From positions 26,245-90,244 of IMG/VR virus record IMGVR_UViG_3300020577_006051: 64,000 nucleotides of DNA. One strand, given 5' to 3'. The position numbers were made by a program, and so were the translations under genes. Origin of the DNA: a virus (taxonomy: Duplodnaviria; Heunggongvirae; Uroviricota; Caudoviricetes). The notes under the pieces were generated by a model, which was given only the letters and a program-made list of their open reading frames with translations, did not search any database and was not told the DNA's origin. Below are positions 1 to 9,470 of the stretch, piece by piece. Position 1 is the stretch's first letter; every line of letters starts with the position of its first letter.

Positions 1-171
1 TGAAAAAGTCCATAGCTATCTGAGTATGTGATTTCTTAGTCATAGCGTTCGACCTTGTACTTGTTATTAAAATCGTGCCAACGTTTCTTGTAGTCATATA
101 TCATGTGCATGTAAGTATGTTCGTAAGAGACCTCGAACTTATCAAGCACAAATAAAAGACTGAACAAGCCG

Positions 172-375
172 TTAACCTTTTTGCGCATCGGCTTTTTCTT
201 TCAAGCTGTTCGCATAGTGAGCAAACAGCGGAATTCGACCAGACGGCAGAATGTCGTGGAACTCCTGCGATGCCTTGAGCAGCGACAAGAGATACAGCAA
301 GCCACCTACGTATCTTATTGGTCTGTATGATTGTTCGTCTGACATGTTGAGTTCCTCACGGTGTATTCTACCCAC
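172..375 (-). CDS. hypothetical protein
   Basis: 67-aa ORF in a short minus-strand block at the window start; no motifs. Confidence 0.3.
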   Translation of the reverse strand: MGRIHREELNMSDEQSYRPIRYVGGLLYLLSLLKASQEFHDILPSGRIPLFAHYANSLKEKADAQKG

Positions 376-608
376 CGTTCGTACTCATGTCTGAGCTGCA
401 TGAATTCTGGAAGGTTTTTGTAGATGTCCATCTGGTAGAGAATAGTAAGTAGCTTGAAGATGGTGGAGAACTTATCCATCGGAGAGATCAAGCCATGTTA
501 CGGCTCTTCTCCACTGTATGTAGTTAAAGTATGAACTTCTAATCTCCATGTAGCGAAGTATGAGTACTAAAGCATGGCAACTATGTTCCTGGTCGCGAAG
601 ATTTTTCA

Positions 609-881
609 TCAGTATGTAAAATCCCTGATCTCAGTCGAGACCAACGAGCCGAAGCCTCTGTCGAGGATACGTTCCCAGGAGCTATGGAATTCGATGCAGC
701 CAGAGAATTGACCGTGATGGTCCATGTTGATTTTGTATTCGCTATAGCCTAGTTTATTGCCTCTGCGGTTGGTATTGTAGCTTCGTCTATTGATTCTCAT
801 TTGTGCCTCATCGTGTGATCCACCGTTCAACATAGCCGTCGAACCATTCACCGGTCTCGCTAGGTTCTGTGTGTCGCACAC
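609..881 (-). CDS. hypothetical protein
   Basis: 90-aa minus-strand ORF; no motifs. Confidence 0.35.
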   Translation of the reverse strand: MCDTQNLARPVNGSTAMLNGGSHDEAQMRINRRSYNTNRRGNKLGYSEYKINMDHHGQFSGCIEFHSSWERILDRGFGSLVSTEIRDFTY

Positions 882-975
882 CTAACCATAGCAGCAACTG
901 TGCGAGATTGATCGCGCGTTGACGAATATGCATCTCTCGCAGTGCGATGGTGGTGCTTTTTGTTTGAATCATTGT

Positions 976-1257
976 TTAAATTTCATAGTTGATAACAATT
1001 TGACTTTGTGGAGAACCCGTGCTAATACTTGGTTGTGTGAAGTAATATTGACCAATTGTTTTAATAATGTTCATTTTTAATAGTAATTTCAATAAACATG
1101 TAGATGGCTGATTGTGCGGCAACAAATCACCTATAAAATCGAATTTTGATTTACATTTTGTCATAGCGTGAGCCCTCGTGAAAACTTCATATATGTATTT
1201 ATACGAAGAGTACCCGGTACCTAGTGAGCCTATTGGTTGTAAGGGTGGCCGGGGCAT
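976..1257 (-). CDS. hypothetical protein
   Basis: 93-aa minus-strand ORF ending next to the divergent HNH gene. Confidence 0.35.
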   Translation of the reverse strand: MPRPPLQPIGSLGTGYSSYKYIYEVFTRAHAMTKCKSKFDFIGDLLPHNQPSTCLLKLLLKMNIIKTIGQYYFTQPSISTGSPQSQIVINYEI

Positions 1258-1259
1258 AA

Positions 1260-1679
1260 ATGGGTATAATTATGCTTATGAAAAAATGTAATGTGTGCTC
1301 GATTGAAAAAAATGAATATGAATTTTATAAACACCCAAATTCTAAAGATGGTTTGGCCAATAGATGTAAAGCTTGTGTAAAAGAATGTGGGAATATTACA
1401 CGAATGAAATGGTTAGAAGATTGTAAAAATAAAGAAAAACACAGATTTAGAGGATCACTGAAGAAGAGACCCTATTTAAAGTATAGAGATAGTAAGTGTA
1501 GACGCTGTGGATTTATACCAGAAAATAATTGTCAACTAACAGTTGATCATATAGATAAAAATAGAAAAAATAATAATGTTGATAATTTGCAAACATTATG
1601 TCATAATTGTCATAATTTAAAAAGTTGGATTGAAACAGTAGAACCAGAAAAATTAAAAAATATGAATTTAATTCCATAA
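1260..1679 (+). CDS. HNH homing endonuclease
   Basis: Zn-finger CxxC pairs plus TVDHIDKNRKNNNVDNLQTLCHNCHNLKSW HNH motif; very AT-rich; paralog of 4440..4850. Confidence 0.8.
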   Translation: MGIIMLMKKCNVCSIEKNEYEFYKHPNSKDGLANRCKACVKECGNITRMKWLEDCKNKEKHRFRGSLKKRPYLKYRDSKCRRCGFIPENNCQLTVDHIDKNRKNNNVDNLQTLCHNCHNLKSWIETVEPEKLKNMNLIP

Positions 1680-1686
1680 GTTTAAC

Positions 1687-1710
1687 ATAAGGGATCCCTT
1701 ATGTTTTTAT
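1687..1710 (+). terminator. rho-independent terminator (16-nt perfect palindrome ATAAGGGATCCCTTAT + T5)
   Basis: perfect palindrome 1687-1702 followed by TTTTT just after the HNH stop. Confidence 0.6.
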
Positions 1711-1796
1711 TTAAAAAATAATATCTACAGAAAGCGGACGCGGGGAGTACCGGTTAGCAAATAGGGGTTCCCTTGATAAGCCGAGGCTAGTGGGCT

Positions 1797-2072
1797 GTGT
1801 CTAGATCAATCGTGGTCCTAGGGTTTGAAACCGAGCATAGCACTAGGCGAAAGATTAACTTGGAGGTCCTTATGAGAACACCGATGAGTCTTTGGTTCGA
1901 GCGATTGGAATCTAAGTGCTGGGATGTCTACGGTCTTGGAATCCACGGTCTTCCTAAGTTCAACTGGGCTGAGTGCTACCGCGATGGTCTGAGTGTGGAT
2001 GAGACGATCGCTTCGTTCGCTGACATGTATCCGACCTATACTAGGATGTACGCTACGAAGGAGGTTGTATGA
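1797..2072 (+). CDS. hypothetical protein
   Basis: 91-aa ORF in a GC-richer block. Confidence 0.5.
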   Translation: MSRSIVVLGFETEHSTRRKINLEVLMRTPMSLWFERLESKCWDVYGLGIHGLPKFNWAECYRDGLSVDETIASFADMYPTYTRMYATKEVV

Positions 2073-2331
2073 AGCGAGATGAGTTCGACCCGATAGGAAC
2101 GTTGGTTGGGATTCTGGTTCTAGTGTTCTGCATAGTATTCCTCTATAGATAAGGAGAATTGATATGGTAGTTTACTCACACGATTGGATCTTGGTTGGGT
2201 TAGGGATCTTCGCCTTAGTATGCTTCGCGGCTACGGTCGTGAACGGTTGGTTGGATGATGCTGAGTATCCAGCTGATTGATTAGTCCCGAAACTAGTATG
2301 CCATGACTCTCAACCAACTAAGGAGAATCAC

Positions 2332-2480
2332 ATGGATAAGAAACAACTAGTCAAGCTGATCATCGCTAACATGATCGCCGCTGGTCAGCAAGACATGATC
2401 CCCGTGGAATGGGTTGACTCGTGGTCGGATGAAGAGTGCGACTACATCATCGTCAACTACGGTCCTTATTACCTCAGCTG
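2332..2480 (+). CDS. hypothetical small protein (49 aa)
   Basis: unlisted ORF MDKKQLVKLIIANM... preceded by AAGGAG; fills a gap. Confidence 0.35.
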
Positions 2481-2508
2481 AGATACCTAGTGCTGCCCGC
2501 TAGTCGGG

Positions 2509-2523
2509 TGACACTGCTACGCC
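2509..2523 (+). promoter_or_regulatory. conserved intergenic box TGACACTGCTACGCC (copy 1)
   Basis: 15/16 match to the recurring 16-mer; followed 27 nt later by CTATATAG. Confidence 0.5.
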
Positions 2524-2601
2524 CGAGCACGGACCCGAGTCTATATAGTTATGTGAGCGACGAACGGTTGCTCAGAGTTCTGGATCCGATTCGAATCTAG
2601 T

Positions 2602-3177
2602 TTGTCAGTGAGTGTTAGTAACAACAACGTTTTAGGAGGTTCTATGACTACAAATACTACGGCTACTTCGACTATGACTCAAAAGGAAGCGGTTTACCAA
2701 GCGGTAACAACGATCCTCGACGAGAACGGCATCAAGTTCGAAGACGGTAACGATGTACGCGAAGTGTTGACGAGCGAGCTACGCGCGCAAGTTAAAGAGG
2801 TCCTGATCCAATCCTTCCTAGCTGGAATGGTTGCTATCGACGGCCAACGCGACGAGAAGTACATCAAGAGCTACGTGCCTGGCTTGATTACTAACCACAT
2901 CAGCAAGGATAAGCGTCTGAACGGTGGCGACAAGTACCAAGCTAAGAACCCTGGCTCACGCTTCGGCAGCAGCGACGACCAACTGAAAGCGCTCAAAGCT
3001 CTCAAGACTCAGCTCACTATGAACAACGCTGACGCAGAGGCTATCGCTGAGATTGAGCAACATATCGCTAACCGAACTAACGAGTTGAAAGCAGCTAAGC
3101 CAGTCAAAGCGAAGACAGTGAAAGTGAACTTCGAAGACCTTCCAGCTGAGTTGCAAGCTAAGTACAGCAACCAGTAA
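2602..3177 (+). CDS. conserved phage protein, family A (paralog of 16106..16705)
   Basis: C-terminus KVNFEDLPAELQAKYSNQ shared with the 16106 gene; likely start near 2644 (MTTNTT...). Confidence 0.7.
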   Translation: MSVSVSNNNVLGGSMTTNTTATSTMTQKEAVYQAVTTILDENGIKFEDGNDVREVLTSELRAQVKEVLIQSFLAGMVAIDGQRDEKYIKSYVPGLITNHISKDKRLNGGDKYQAKNPGSRFGSSDDQLKALKALKTQLTMNNADAEAIAEIEQHIANRTNELKAAKPVKAKTVKVNFEDLPAELQAKYSNQ

Positions 3178-3207
3178 TCAGACCCACTAAGATAAGCCCA
3201 CCACAAA

Positions 3208-3240
3208 GAGCCTGGCGCAAAGCCGGGCTCGACCCGTTTC
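3208..3240 (+). terminator. candidate terminator hairpin
   Basis: 9-bp stem GAGCCTGGC/GCCGGGCTC (one G-U) with GCAAA loop, weak T-tract. Confidence 0.35.
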
Positions 3241-3246
3241 AGCTAA

Positions 3247-3262
3247 CTGACACTGCTACGCC
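3247..3262 (+). promoter_or_regulatory. conserved intergenic box CTGACACTGCTACGCC (copy 2)
   Basis: exact 16-mer; GAGACTATATAGCTAT downstream mirrors copy 1. Confidence 0.5.
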
Positions 3263-3306
3263 GGATGGCCGAGACTATATAGCTATACCACTACAACGGA
3301 GGCACT

Positions 3307-3444
3307 ATGACTGTCAAAGAACTAATCGACATACTGAAACTCTCTGACCCGAATGCAAAGATAGTGTTCCCAGACGGACTGCCGCTGGTCTCGACCGAGG
3401 ACTACGGTGACGAAGTTGTCCTGTCTGATGCAGAACCAGAATAA
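3307..3444 (+). CDS. hypothetical small protein (45 aa)
   Basis: unlisted ORF MTVKELIDILKL...; AAGGAG-type SD. Confidence 0.35.
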   Translation: MTVKELIDILKLSDPNAKIVFPDGLPLVSTEDYGDEVVLSDAEPE

Positions 3445-3453
3445 GGAGCTGAT

Positions 3454-3609
3454 ATGTTTACTCTCGAAGAATTAGCACTGATAAGTGAGCAGCTGAAACT
3501 AGCAGTACGAAACAGAGAGCTGTACGGCGAGTGGAACGACGTCGCTAAGTCGGCCATCAAGAAGTGCAACGAGCTGTCCGAATCTACCAACGAGCAGGAG
3601 GAATCATGA
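3454..3609 (+). CDS. hypothetical small protein (51 aa)
   Basis: unlisted ORF; stop overlaps next start (ATGA). Confidence 0.35.
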   Translation: MFTLEELALISEQLKLAVRNRELYGEWNDVAKSAIKKCNELSESTNEQEES

Positions 3610-3851
3610 GACATATCACTAGAGCACAAATCATCCGTGAGCTAACTGAGATGTGGATGGACGCTCACCCTGATGAGATAGCAGCTGCGATCGCAGACAG
3701 CAACTGTTCGCCTAACTACAGCAAGTGGACAGACAGAGACCTGATCGACCTATATGAAGTGCTGACAGACACTAGACTGACGCCTGTGTTTCAAGTAGCT
3801 GAGTTTCAGCACTCTGACCCAGCCAGCGAAGGCATCAAGGCAGCTCGATGA
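3606..3851 (+). CDS. hypothetical protein
   Basis: in frame with listed ORF 3564..3851; internal ATG at 3606 gives ATGA coupling and an AGGAGG SD. Confidence 0.5.
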   Translation: MRHITRAQIIRELTEMWMDAHPDEIAAAIADSNCSPNYSKWTDRDLIDLYEVLTDTRLTPVFQVAEFQHSDPASEGIKAAR

Positions 3852-4177
3852 CTATTCGCTACTTCATCCACTTGCTCAACCGCTTCCTCCATCTTAAAGA
3901 TAGGGAACAGATTGAGCTATACTACCTACTGACCAATATGAAACGAAACCGAGACGACAATAGTTCGCCAACCAACAAAAAGGAATTCAATATGAGTAAG
4001 ATTAGTGATAAACAAATTAAAGAAATCGTTTTTTCGATAGCAGAAGAAATAGAAGAAATCATTGCCCAAGGGTTTGATGATGTTCTTGATGAATTGTCTG
4101 GGGATGAATTGTCTGAGGATGAAGCTGATGAGCTATACGAGCGTTACCACTCTATTCTTATTAAAGAACTCAGCTAA
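3848..4177 (+). CDS. hypothetical acidic protein
   Basis: 109-aa ORF, ATGA overlap with upstream gene, D/E-rich C-terminus. Confidence 0.5.
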   Translation: MTIRYFIHLLNRFLHLKDREQIELYYLLTNMKRNRDDNSSPTNKKEFNMSKISDKQIKEIVFSIAEEIEEIIAQGFDDVLDELSGDELSEDEADELYERYHSILIKELS

Positions 4178-4228
4178 AGAAAAGTTCTGTTCCGATTTCT
4201 AGTGAGACACGCCAATCCCATCCGACAA

Positions 4229-4243
4229 CTGACACTGCTACGC
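4229..4243 (+). promoter_or_regulatory. conserved intergenic box CTGACACTGCTACGC (copy 3)
   Basis: 15/16 match; upstream of small ORF 4288..4443. Confidence 0.45.
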
Positions 4244-4287
4244 ACAGCGCCCCGACCCTAGCCATACACATACGGAGGATACTACCA

Positions 4288-4443
4288 ATGCAGACTATCC
4301 TATATCTCAACACCAAGCAGACCGAAGTTCTAGACAAGGTCATCGAAGACCGACTCGCCCTACACAACGAACAAGAAGTAGCCCAACCAGATTCCCCGGA
4401 AGTATTAATCCTAAAAGAAATTCTCAGACAGCTGAGATCTTAA
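4288..4443 (+). CDS. hypothetical small protein (51 aa)
   Basis: unlisted ORF with GGAGG SD. Confidence 0.35.
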   Translation: MQTILYLNTKQTEVLDKVIEDRLALHNEQEVAQPDSPEVLILKEILRQLRS

Positions 4444-4850
4444 GATTGACGTTCATTCCAGCTTTTTAACCGATGACAGTTAGCGCACAAGGTCTGTAGG
4501 TTGGACTCATCGTTGTTGCTGTGGTTGCCATCAATATGGTCAACGTCCAACTGACATCTATGAACTGGGATAAAACCACAAAGCTCACAATGTTCTTTAC
4601 GATGGATAAGATAAGGCTTCTTGGCTGCTAACTTTTTAATGGGATTATTTCTAGCCCAAGTTTTAACCTTTTCAGATGAGCAGGACCGACAATAACTATT
4701 AAGAGAATCCTTAGAACGTTTATTCTTATGGAATTCAGTACAGGGCTTATCAATTTTACATCTAGCACAAGTCTTCATACATAGATTATACAAAAAGACC
4801 CTAGGGAAAGAGACGAAACCTCGCCGTGGGCGTTGCCCCAGCCCCAACAA
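4440..4850 (-). CDS. HNH homing endonuclease (paralog of 1260..1679)
   Basis: LCGFIPVHRCQLDVDHIDGNHSNNDESNLQTLCANCHRLKSW aligns residue-by-residue with the 1260 gene; opposite strand. Confidence 0.8.
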   Translation of the reverse strand: MLGLGQRPRRGFVSFPRVFLYNLCMKTCARCKIDKPCTEFHKNKRSKDSLNSYCRSCSSEKVKTWARNNPIKKLAAKKPYLIHRKEHCELCGFIPVHRCQLDVDHIDGNHSNNDESNLQTLCANCHRLKSWNERQS

Positions 4851-5058
4851 TGGTCAGAGTGGGCCTAGCAATATCTGCAACTTAGAATAAGTGTCCTGGA
4901 CCGAATATATCCCTCCCTAGGATACATACAAGCATTAGAACTTGTCTCCTTAGAATTGATCTTAATGAGTTCTAGGTATGTATTTGAGTGATTAAGAATA
5001 GTATTGATATTTCTTTTTAAGATAGCCCGAAGGTAGGGATTTACGTAAGTGAAATTGA

Positions 5059-5247
5059 TTGGAGGTAGCCATGCATAAGAAAGCCTTCTGCTGTAAAGAA
5101 CTGCATGCCAAAACTCTTGGTGATGATCCGACTATAAGAGTAGATGAAAAAGGTCAGATGTCATTTATAGTGAAGACCGGCATCTTAGCTGGTGGTAGCA
5201 CTGTATTTCGTTTCTGTCCGTGGTGTGGAAAGAAGAATAAGAAATAA
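5059..5247 (+). CDS. small zinc-ribbon protein
   Basis: CC...H early and CPWCGKK at C-terminus. Confidence 0.4.
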   Translation: MEVAMHKKAFCCKELHAKTLGDDPTIRVDEKGQMSFIVKTGILAGGSTVFRFCPWCGKKNKK

Positions 5248-5269
5248 GCTATTTTTTAGGAGTAATGGT

Positions 5270-5734
5270 ATGGATAATCGAGTTGCAGAATGTGAATATA
5301 AGTTTAAGAACGGTGATAAGGTCTACGTTCAGAACTCTTATGATTTAGATGTAGCCGTTGTAGTTACTTTCGGCAAAGGCAAGTCCATCAAAGTTCGTTA
5401 TCCTAACGGCTATGAGAGTCGAGTTCTTAAGACCAAGATTGCTCATCCGGATGAGAAAATAGCTGTGGTTGAGACTATTACTCTAGCTGGGAAATACTCT
5501 TACTGGCTGGATCGTAGTCACTATACTAAGTATCACTTCGCAGCTAAGAACTGGCCGTTTCAGGTCCGAGTCCATGAGGATTCACCTGGTGTGGAGAACG
5601 TGGCCATCAACCAATCGACCTTCAGCGTCAGAAGTTTAGCAAATCGAGAAGTTAGTCGCCAAGGCGTCAAAGACGTTCTATCTGGTATGAGTGGCGGAAT
5701 GGCTGACTATCTTAAATCTGCTTTTAAGTTATGA
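5270..5734 (+). CDS. hypothetical protein
   Basis: in frame with listed 5192..5734; ATG at 5270 has an AGGAG SD. Confidence 0.5.
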   Translation: MDNRVAECEYKFKNGDKVYVQNSYDLDVAVVVTFGKGKSIKVRYPNGYESRVLKTKIAHPDEKIAVVETITLAGKYSYWLDRSHYTKYHFAAKNWPFQVRVHEDSPGVENVAINQSTFSVRSLANREVSRQGVKDVLSGMSGGMADYLKSAFKL

Positions 5735-5870
5735 GGTAAGGTATGACACCTAGTTTACTTATTGATTGGACATTCGCGATTGTTGGAAGTGTAGGAATAA
5801 TATTCGTGCTGGGTGCTTTTATCTATGCTACTATTAAATTCCTAAAATGTCCATGACTTTGAGGTGAACT

Positions 5871-6164
5871 ATGAAACGTAGACTAGGAATCGATGACTGT
5901 CGCGAGCTTAGTCATTGCTCTGTTCTATGTCGCAACTACTCTGACGGCATCAAAGCCCTCGAGACCATGGGTCCTTGGGATGAGCTGTTCTTGGACCATG
6001 ACCTAGCATCCTATGTAGACGGAGTCGAGAAGACCGGCTATGATGTGATGCTATTCCTGGAGCAGAACCCGAACTTATTACCTGGTGAGATTATTCTGGT
6101 CACATCTAATCCGGTTGGTCGCCAACGCATGCAAGTCGTCATCGATCGACTATATAAGAAATGA
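5871..6164 (+). CDS. hypothetical protein
   Basis: 97-aa ORF. Confidence 0.5.
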   Translation: MKRRLGIDDCRELSHCSVLCRNYSDGIKALETMGPWDELFLDHDLASYVDGVEKTGYDVMLFLEQNPNLLPGEIILVTSNPVGRQRMQVVIDRLYKK

Positions 6165-6171
6165 GGTAACT

Positions 6172-6468
6172 GTGAGTAGACTATTTGATCTATCAATGGC
6201 TATCTATGAAGGTCTCAACGATGGTCGCAACGTTGACTTGATGGTTAAAGAACTGTTCTCTCAGCTAGATAAACTATACCCAGATCCAACTCCTGAGGAC
6301 TATGAGAGTGCTTGCGACTACTATGCTAACGGTGAATCGTTTGGTTCTCGAGACTTAGAATCCAAGTTGAAACTGTTCGCCGAATCAATCTATTACTGGT
6401 CAGATCGATGGTGCTACGAACGTTATTTTACAGCGCAACGTTACTGGGAAGACATCAAAGGAGATTGA
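6172..6468 (+). CDS. hypothetical protein
   Basis: in frame with listed 6085..6468; GTG at 6172 after GAGGT SD avoids a long overlap. Confidence 0.45.
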   Translation: MSRLFDLSMAIYEGLNDGRNVDLMVKELFSQLDKLYPDPTPEDYESACDYYANGESFGSRDLESKLKLFAESIYYWSDRWCYERYFTAQRYWEDIKGD

Positions 6469-6807
6469 ATGTCTATTCTATTAGCTATCGATGTATCTGG
6501 CTCTTGCAAGAATATTAAGCTCAGAACAAAGGCTATGGAAACACTCAGGAATCTGAATCGTGTATCGACTGTTGATGTAGTTCTATTTGACAGTGAACTA
6601 GTAAAGTTTATTTCTTCTGCTCACGCTAAGGAAAATGAGGTTGCTTATGCTTTGTTGTCTAGATATGGTGGCGGTGGAACATTACTAGAACCTGTTTGCG
6701 AGATGATGGGTTTAGCTAGTTATCATAATTGCTATGTGGTGACTGACAGCTGCCTCAATGTTCCATCCGACCTTAAAGACACAATAAGATTAGTGATTGT
6801 TGACTGA
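6469..6807 (+). CDS. hypothetical protein
   Basis: 112-aa ORF. Confidence 0.5.
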   Translation: MSILLAIDVSGSCKNIKLRTKAMETLRNLNRVSTVDVVLFDSELVKFISSAHAKENEVAYALLSRYGGGGTLLEPVCEMMGLASYHNCYVVTDSCLNVPSDLKDTIRLVIVD

Positions 6808-6824
6808 GATTGTGAGGTAGCACG

Positions 6825-7124
6825 ATGACAATAACATCGTCTGATTGTAAGAAATATTTTACTGCCATATTAAAGGCTAATAAATCAGTATACGATGCTT
6901 ATGCTAATCAAGATGATGATCCAAGAACCTATAGTAGCATCTGTGCGAGCAGCAAATGGAAACGAAATGCTAAAAATAAAATCCAAGATGGATATGAAAG
7001 AATCTTCGACCATGAAGATGCTTTTGGCCAAGACATTACAGTATTTGTCTATACAAAAGACAATGATACGGTGATAGATAAAGTTAGAATAGCTGTAAGA
7101 AACAATCCCGATTTTATGTTCTAA
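6825..7124 (+). CDS. hypothetical protein
   Basis: 99-aa ORF. Confidence 0.5.
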   Translation: MTITSSDCKKYFTAILKANKSVYDAYANQDDDPRTYSSICASSKWKRNAKNKIQDGYERIFDHEDAFGQDITVFVYTKDNDTVIDKVRIAVRNNPDFMF

Positions 7125-7133
7125 TGAAATTAA

Positions 7134-7331
7134 TTGATTGTTCAGGTGACTATGAAAGTTAAATGTATAAGTAAAGATTCTTTGCAATCATTAACTGTCG
7201 GTAAAGTATACGATGTAGTCAGTATCCAGACAAATGAGTTTGGCAATAAGTTTTATCAAGTTATGAATGACAACAATAAATTGTCAACATATTTTCCATA
7301 CAAATTCGAAATCTTAAAAGATAATGAATAG
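7134..7331 (+). CDS. hypothetical protein
   Basis: 65-aa ORF. Confidence 0.4.
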   Translation: MIVQVTMKVKCISKDSLQSLTVGKVYDVVSIQTNEFGNKFYQVMNDNNKLSTYFPYKFEILKDNE

Positions 7332-7530
7332 AGGTTTATATGTTTCTATGGCCATTAAATAACAACAACGAACAAAACAAGTGAGAAACATATGCTTAAT
7401 TTTATTGACTTTATAACATTCGTTGCAGTTAGTTCAATAATGTATTTGTACGCACCAACTTCAGTATATCTTCTAGGTTTAGGATTATTGGTTCTTAATA
7501 GTTTGACTGGTTATCAAAGAGGGATGAAAG

Positions 7531-7755
7531 ATGGTCTCGAAATTTCTAAATAAACTATTAAAAAATATTAAGAAATACTCCAGTAAGCCACCTGAATCTC
7601 TCAAAGATAAAGAGTTAGACAGACTAGAAAAGTTGTATTATGCCGCTAAAAATAAATCCGAGAAAAAAGAAGTATATGAACAGTGGCTCAGTCGGTTTCA
7701 TGAGTTGCACAGAGAGTTTTTATCCAAGGCTAAAATCGATTACACCGTTAATTGA
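7531..7755 (+). CDS. hypothetical protein
   Basis: 74-aa ORF, K/E-rich. Confidence 0.45.
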   Translation: MVSKFLNKLLKNIKKYSSKPPESLKDKELDRLEKLYYAAKNKSEKKEVYEQWLSRFHELHREFLSKAKIDYTVN

Positions 7756-7976
7756 GGTCTTATATCTATATGATTAAGTTGCCATTAGCTAGACCAAATA
7801 GAGAGCCAGACTTTTGTTTTACCCTTCCTAAGGGTAAAAGATTAGATTATTTCTTTGATGAGATGATAGTCAGTCTGGTTTATGAAACTTCAGATAATAG
7901 AACTCATCAGATGAAGTTAGTTAAAAGAAAAAAATACAATAGAGTATTACGACACCAACTCTCCTATAGGAACTAG
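7752..7976 (+). CDS. hypothetical protein
   Basis: 74-aa ORF, ATGA-coupled. Confidence 0.45.
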   Translation: MRSYIYMIKLPLARPNREPDFCFTLPKGKRLDYFFDEMIVSLVYETSDNRTHQMKLVKRKKYNRVLRHQLSYRN

Positions 7977-8385
7977 GTTGGCATTTCACCATACGGAAGT
8001 TGAATCATCTGTGTTAGAAGCCTATACAGATTATCTAATGGAGAACGTACTAGCGGAGCCACAATGATTAAACATGATACAGACAACTCATATAAGCTAG
8101 TAAAATTATTATGGTTGCTGCGACTTTCTAGTCTTGTTGAAGATGGTGTATTGCATGAGGATATTAGACAGTGGTTTACGGATAGACACGTTCAATATGA
8201 TACTCGCCATAGACGAGGTAACAGCTAACAATGTCAAAAGTAACTGATAAAAATGGTTGGCGATGTGATCGAAACTTGATGAGCTTTTTAAAAGCTTTGA
8301 TGATTATGAATATCGATCGTGATTCAGCTAATAAATGGCTAGGCAGTAACTACGATCATAAAAGAATTTAATCCGACACTAATAA

Positions 8386-8631
8386 GTGGTAGGAGGTACT
8401 GATATGAGTAAAACAATTACGATCACAGTGTTCCTGACCGATGATCAATATGAGCAATTACATGGCCATGCTGGTGAAAATTGGGGTATCAACGGTGACG
8501 AGTTTGCTCGCAACTCGGTATTAAAAGAGTTACAAAAAGTTATCAAATCTGAAGATGATTATATCGTTAGCTTGAACAGTGACTGTGATCATCCAATTGA
8601 AAACTATGGATTCGATCCTAGTTTTAACTAA
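8386..8631 (+). CDS. hypothetical protein
   Basis: 81-aa ORF with GGAGG SD. Confidence 0.5.
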   Translation: MVGGTDMSKTITITVFLTDDQYEQLHGHAGENWGINGDEFARNSVLKELQKVIKSEDDYIVSLNSDCDHPIENYGFDPSFN

Positions 8632-8642
8632 AAGGAGTTAAC

Positions 8643-8927
8643 ATGAAAGATCTTTTTCATGATGAGATTGTTATTACGAAACAAGATATGAAAAATGCTC
8701 TAGCTTTTTGGACAGCACTCAATATTCCTGTGCCGCATGCACTGAAAGCAGCTGCAGATAAGTTTGAATCAGATCCAACAGTAGAAAACCAAAATTGGTT
8801 TAAGTATCAATCGCTAAAAGCAATTGCGGAATCCAACCATCCAGAGTTTAATGATGAGATCTTTTCTAAGGTTAAGTTAGAGTGTGCCGAAAAAGCATTT
8901 CAAATGAGTCAAATGTACGGTGAATAA
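8643..8927 (+). CDS. conserved phage protein, family B (paralog of 40773..41117)
   Basis: AFWTALNIPVPHALKAAADKFESDPTVENQNWFKYQSLKAIAESNHPEF matches AFEFWPQFNVPPMEGLKEAFQQFQNDPTLENQNYLKYMVTKAIATTQHEAF. Confidence 0.6.
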   Translation: MKDLFHDEIVITKQDMKNALAFWTALNIPVPHALKAAADKFESDPTVENQNWFKYQSLKAIAESNHPEFNDEIFSKVKLECAEKAFQMSQMYGE

Positions 8928-9091
8928 AGATCAAATAGATAGTTTGTGGATCTTCATGAAGAAACTTCATGCATTGGAGATGTTCTTACTTAAGATGCGT
9001 GTTACCGAATATAAACCTGTTCGCGGTGATGTTTACTTAGGTACTCTAGCTCGCAAGAAGATTATTGATTGGAAATAATTGGGAGGTTTAG

Positions 9092-9268
9092 ATGGCAAAT
9101 CTTTATTTACCTGCTAACAATCTTAAAGAAGCGAATCACAATCTAAATATAGTTCTCAACAAGTACAAAGAAGATAGAAGCGCATGGAACAGACAATGGG
9201 TCAGAGAATGTTTGTGGTTGTGTCGTTATCATAAGAGTCGCAACCGACGTTTACCATTCATGATCTGA
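9092..9268 (+). CDS. hypothetical small protein (58 aa)
   Basis: unlisted ORF with GGGAGG SD; basic C-terminus. Confidence 0.4.
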   Translation: MANLYLPANNLKEANHNLNIVLNKYKEDRSAWNRQWVRECLWLCRYHKSRNRRLPFMI

Positions 9269-9275
9269 GGTCTAA

Positions 9276-9470
9276 ATGCCAAGAAAAGTAAGCAGTAACA
9301 AGATCGATCTAACTAATGACGACATAGAACTCCTCGCTTCTGTTCTTAAAGATAGGATTGAATATTTGAATGATGAGATTAAAGATCCAGATGTAGAGCA
9401 GAAACTTAAAGAAGATTATAAGCTTGAGATTAAAGAAATCAAAGCTTTAGCTAATAAGATTGGTCAATGA
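9276..9470 (+). CDS. hypothetical protein
   Basis: 64-aa ORF, coiled-coil-like. Confidence 0.45.
   Translation: MPRKVSSNKIDLTNDDIELLASVLKDRIEYLNDEIKDPDVEQKLKEDYKLEIKEIKALANKIGQ

Noticed and set aside
1740-1860. GC-rich, structured-looking stretch after the first HNH gene examined as a possible tRNA or group I intron fragment
   Set aside because: No cloverleaf arms or GTTC-type T-loop and no P-Q-R-S intron elements; better explained as the 5' region of the GC-rich gene block.
2956-3206. Minus-strand ORFs 2956..3156 and 3009..3206, and similar antisense ORFs at 16406..16645, 19658..20238, 24380..24745, 36802..37194, 49639..50175, 52460..52822 and 59080..59437
   Set aside because: They overlap well-supported genes on the other strand and have skewed Cys/Ser/Leu-rich composition.
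2509-3290. Interpreting the 16-mer plus TATATAG as a plain sigma70 -35/-10 promoter
   Set aside because: Spacing between TGACAC and TATATA is 27 and 22 nt in the two copies that have it, and other copies lack a TATA element.
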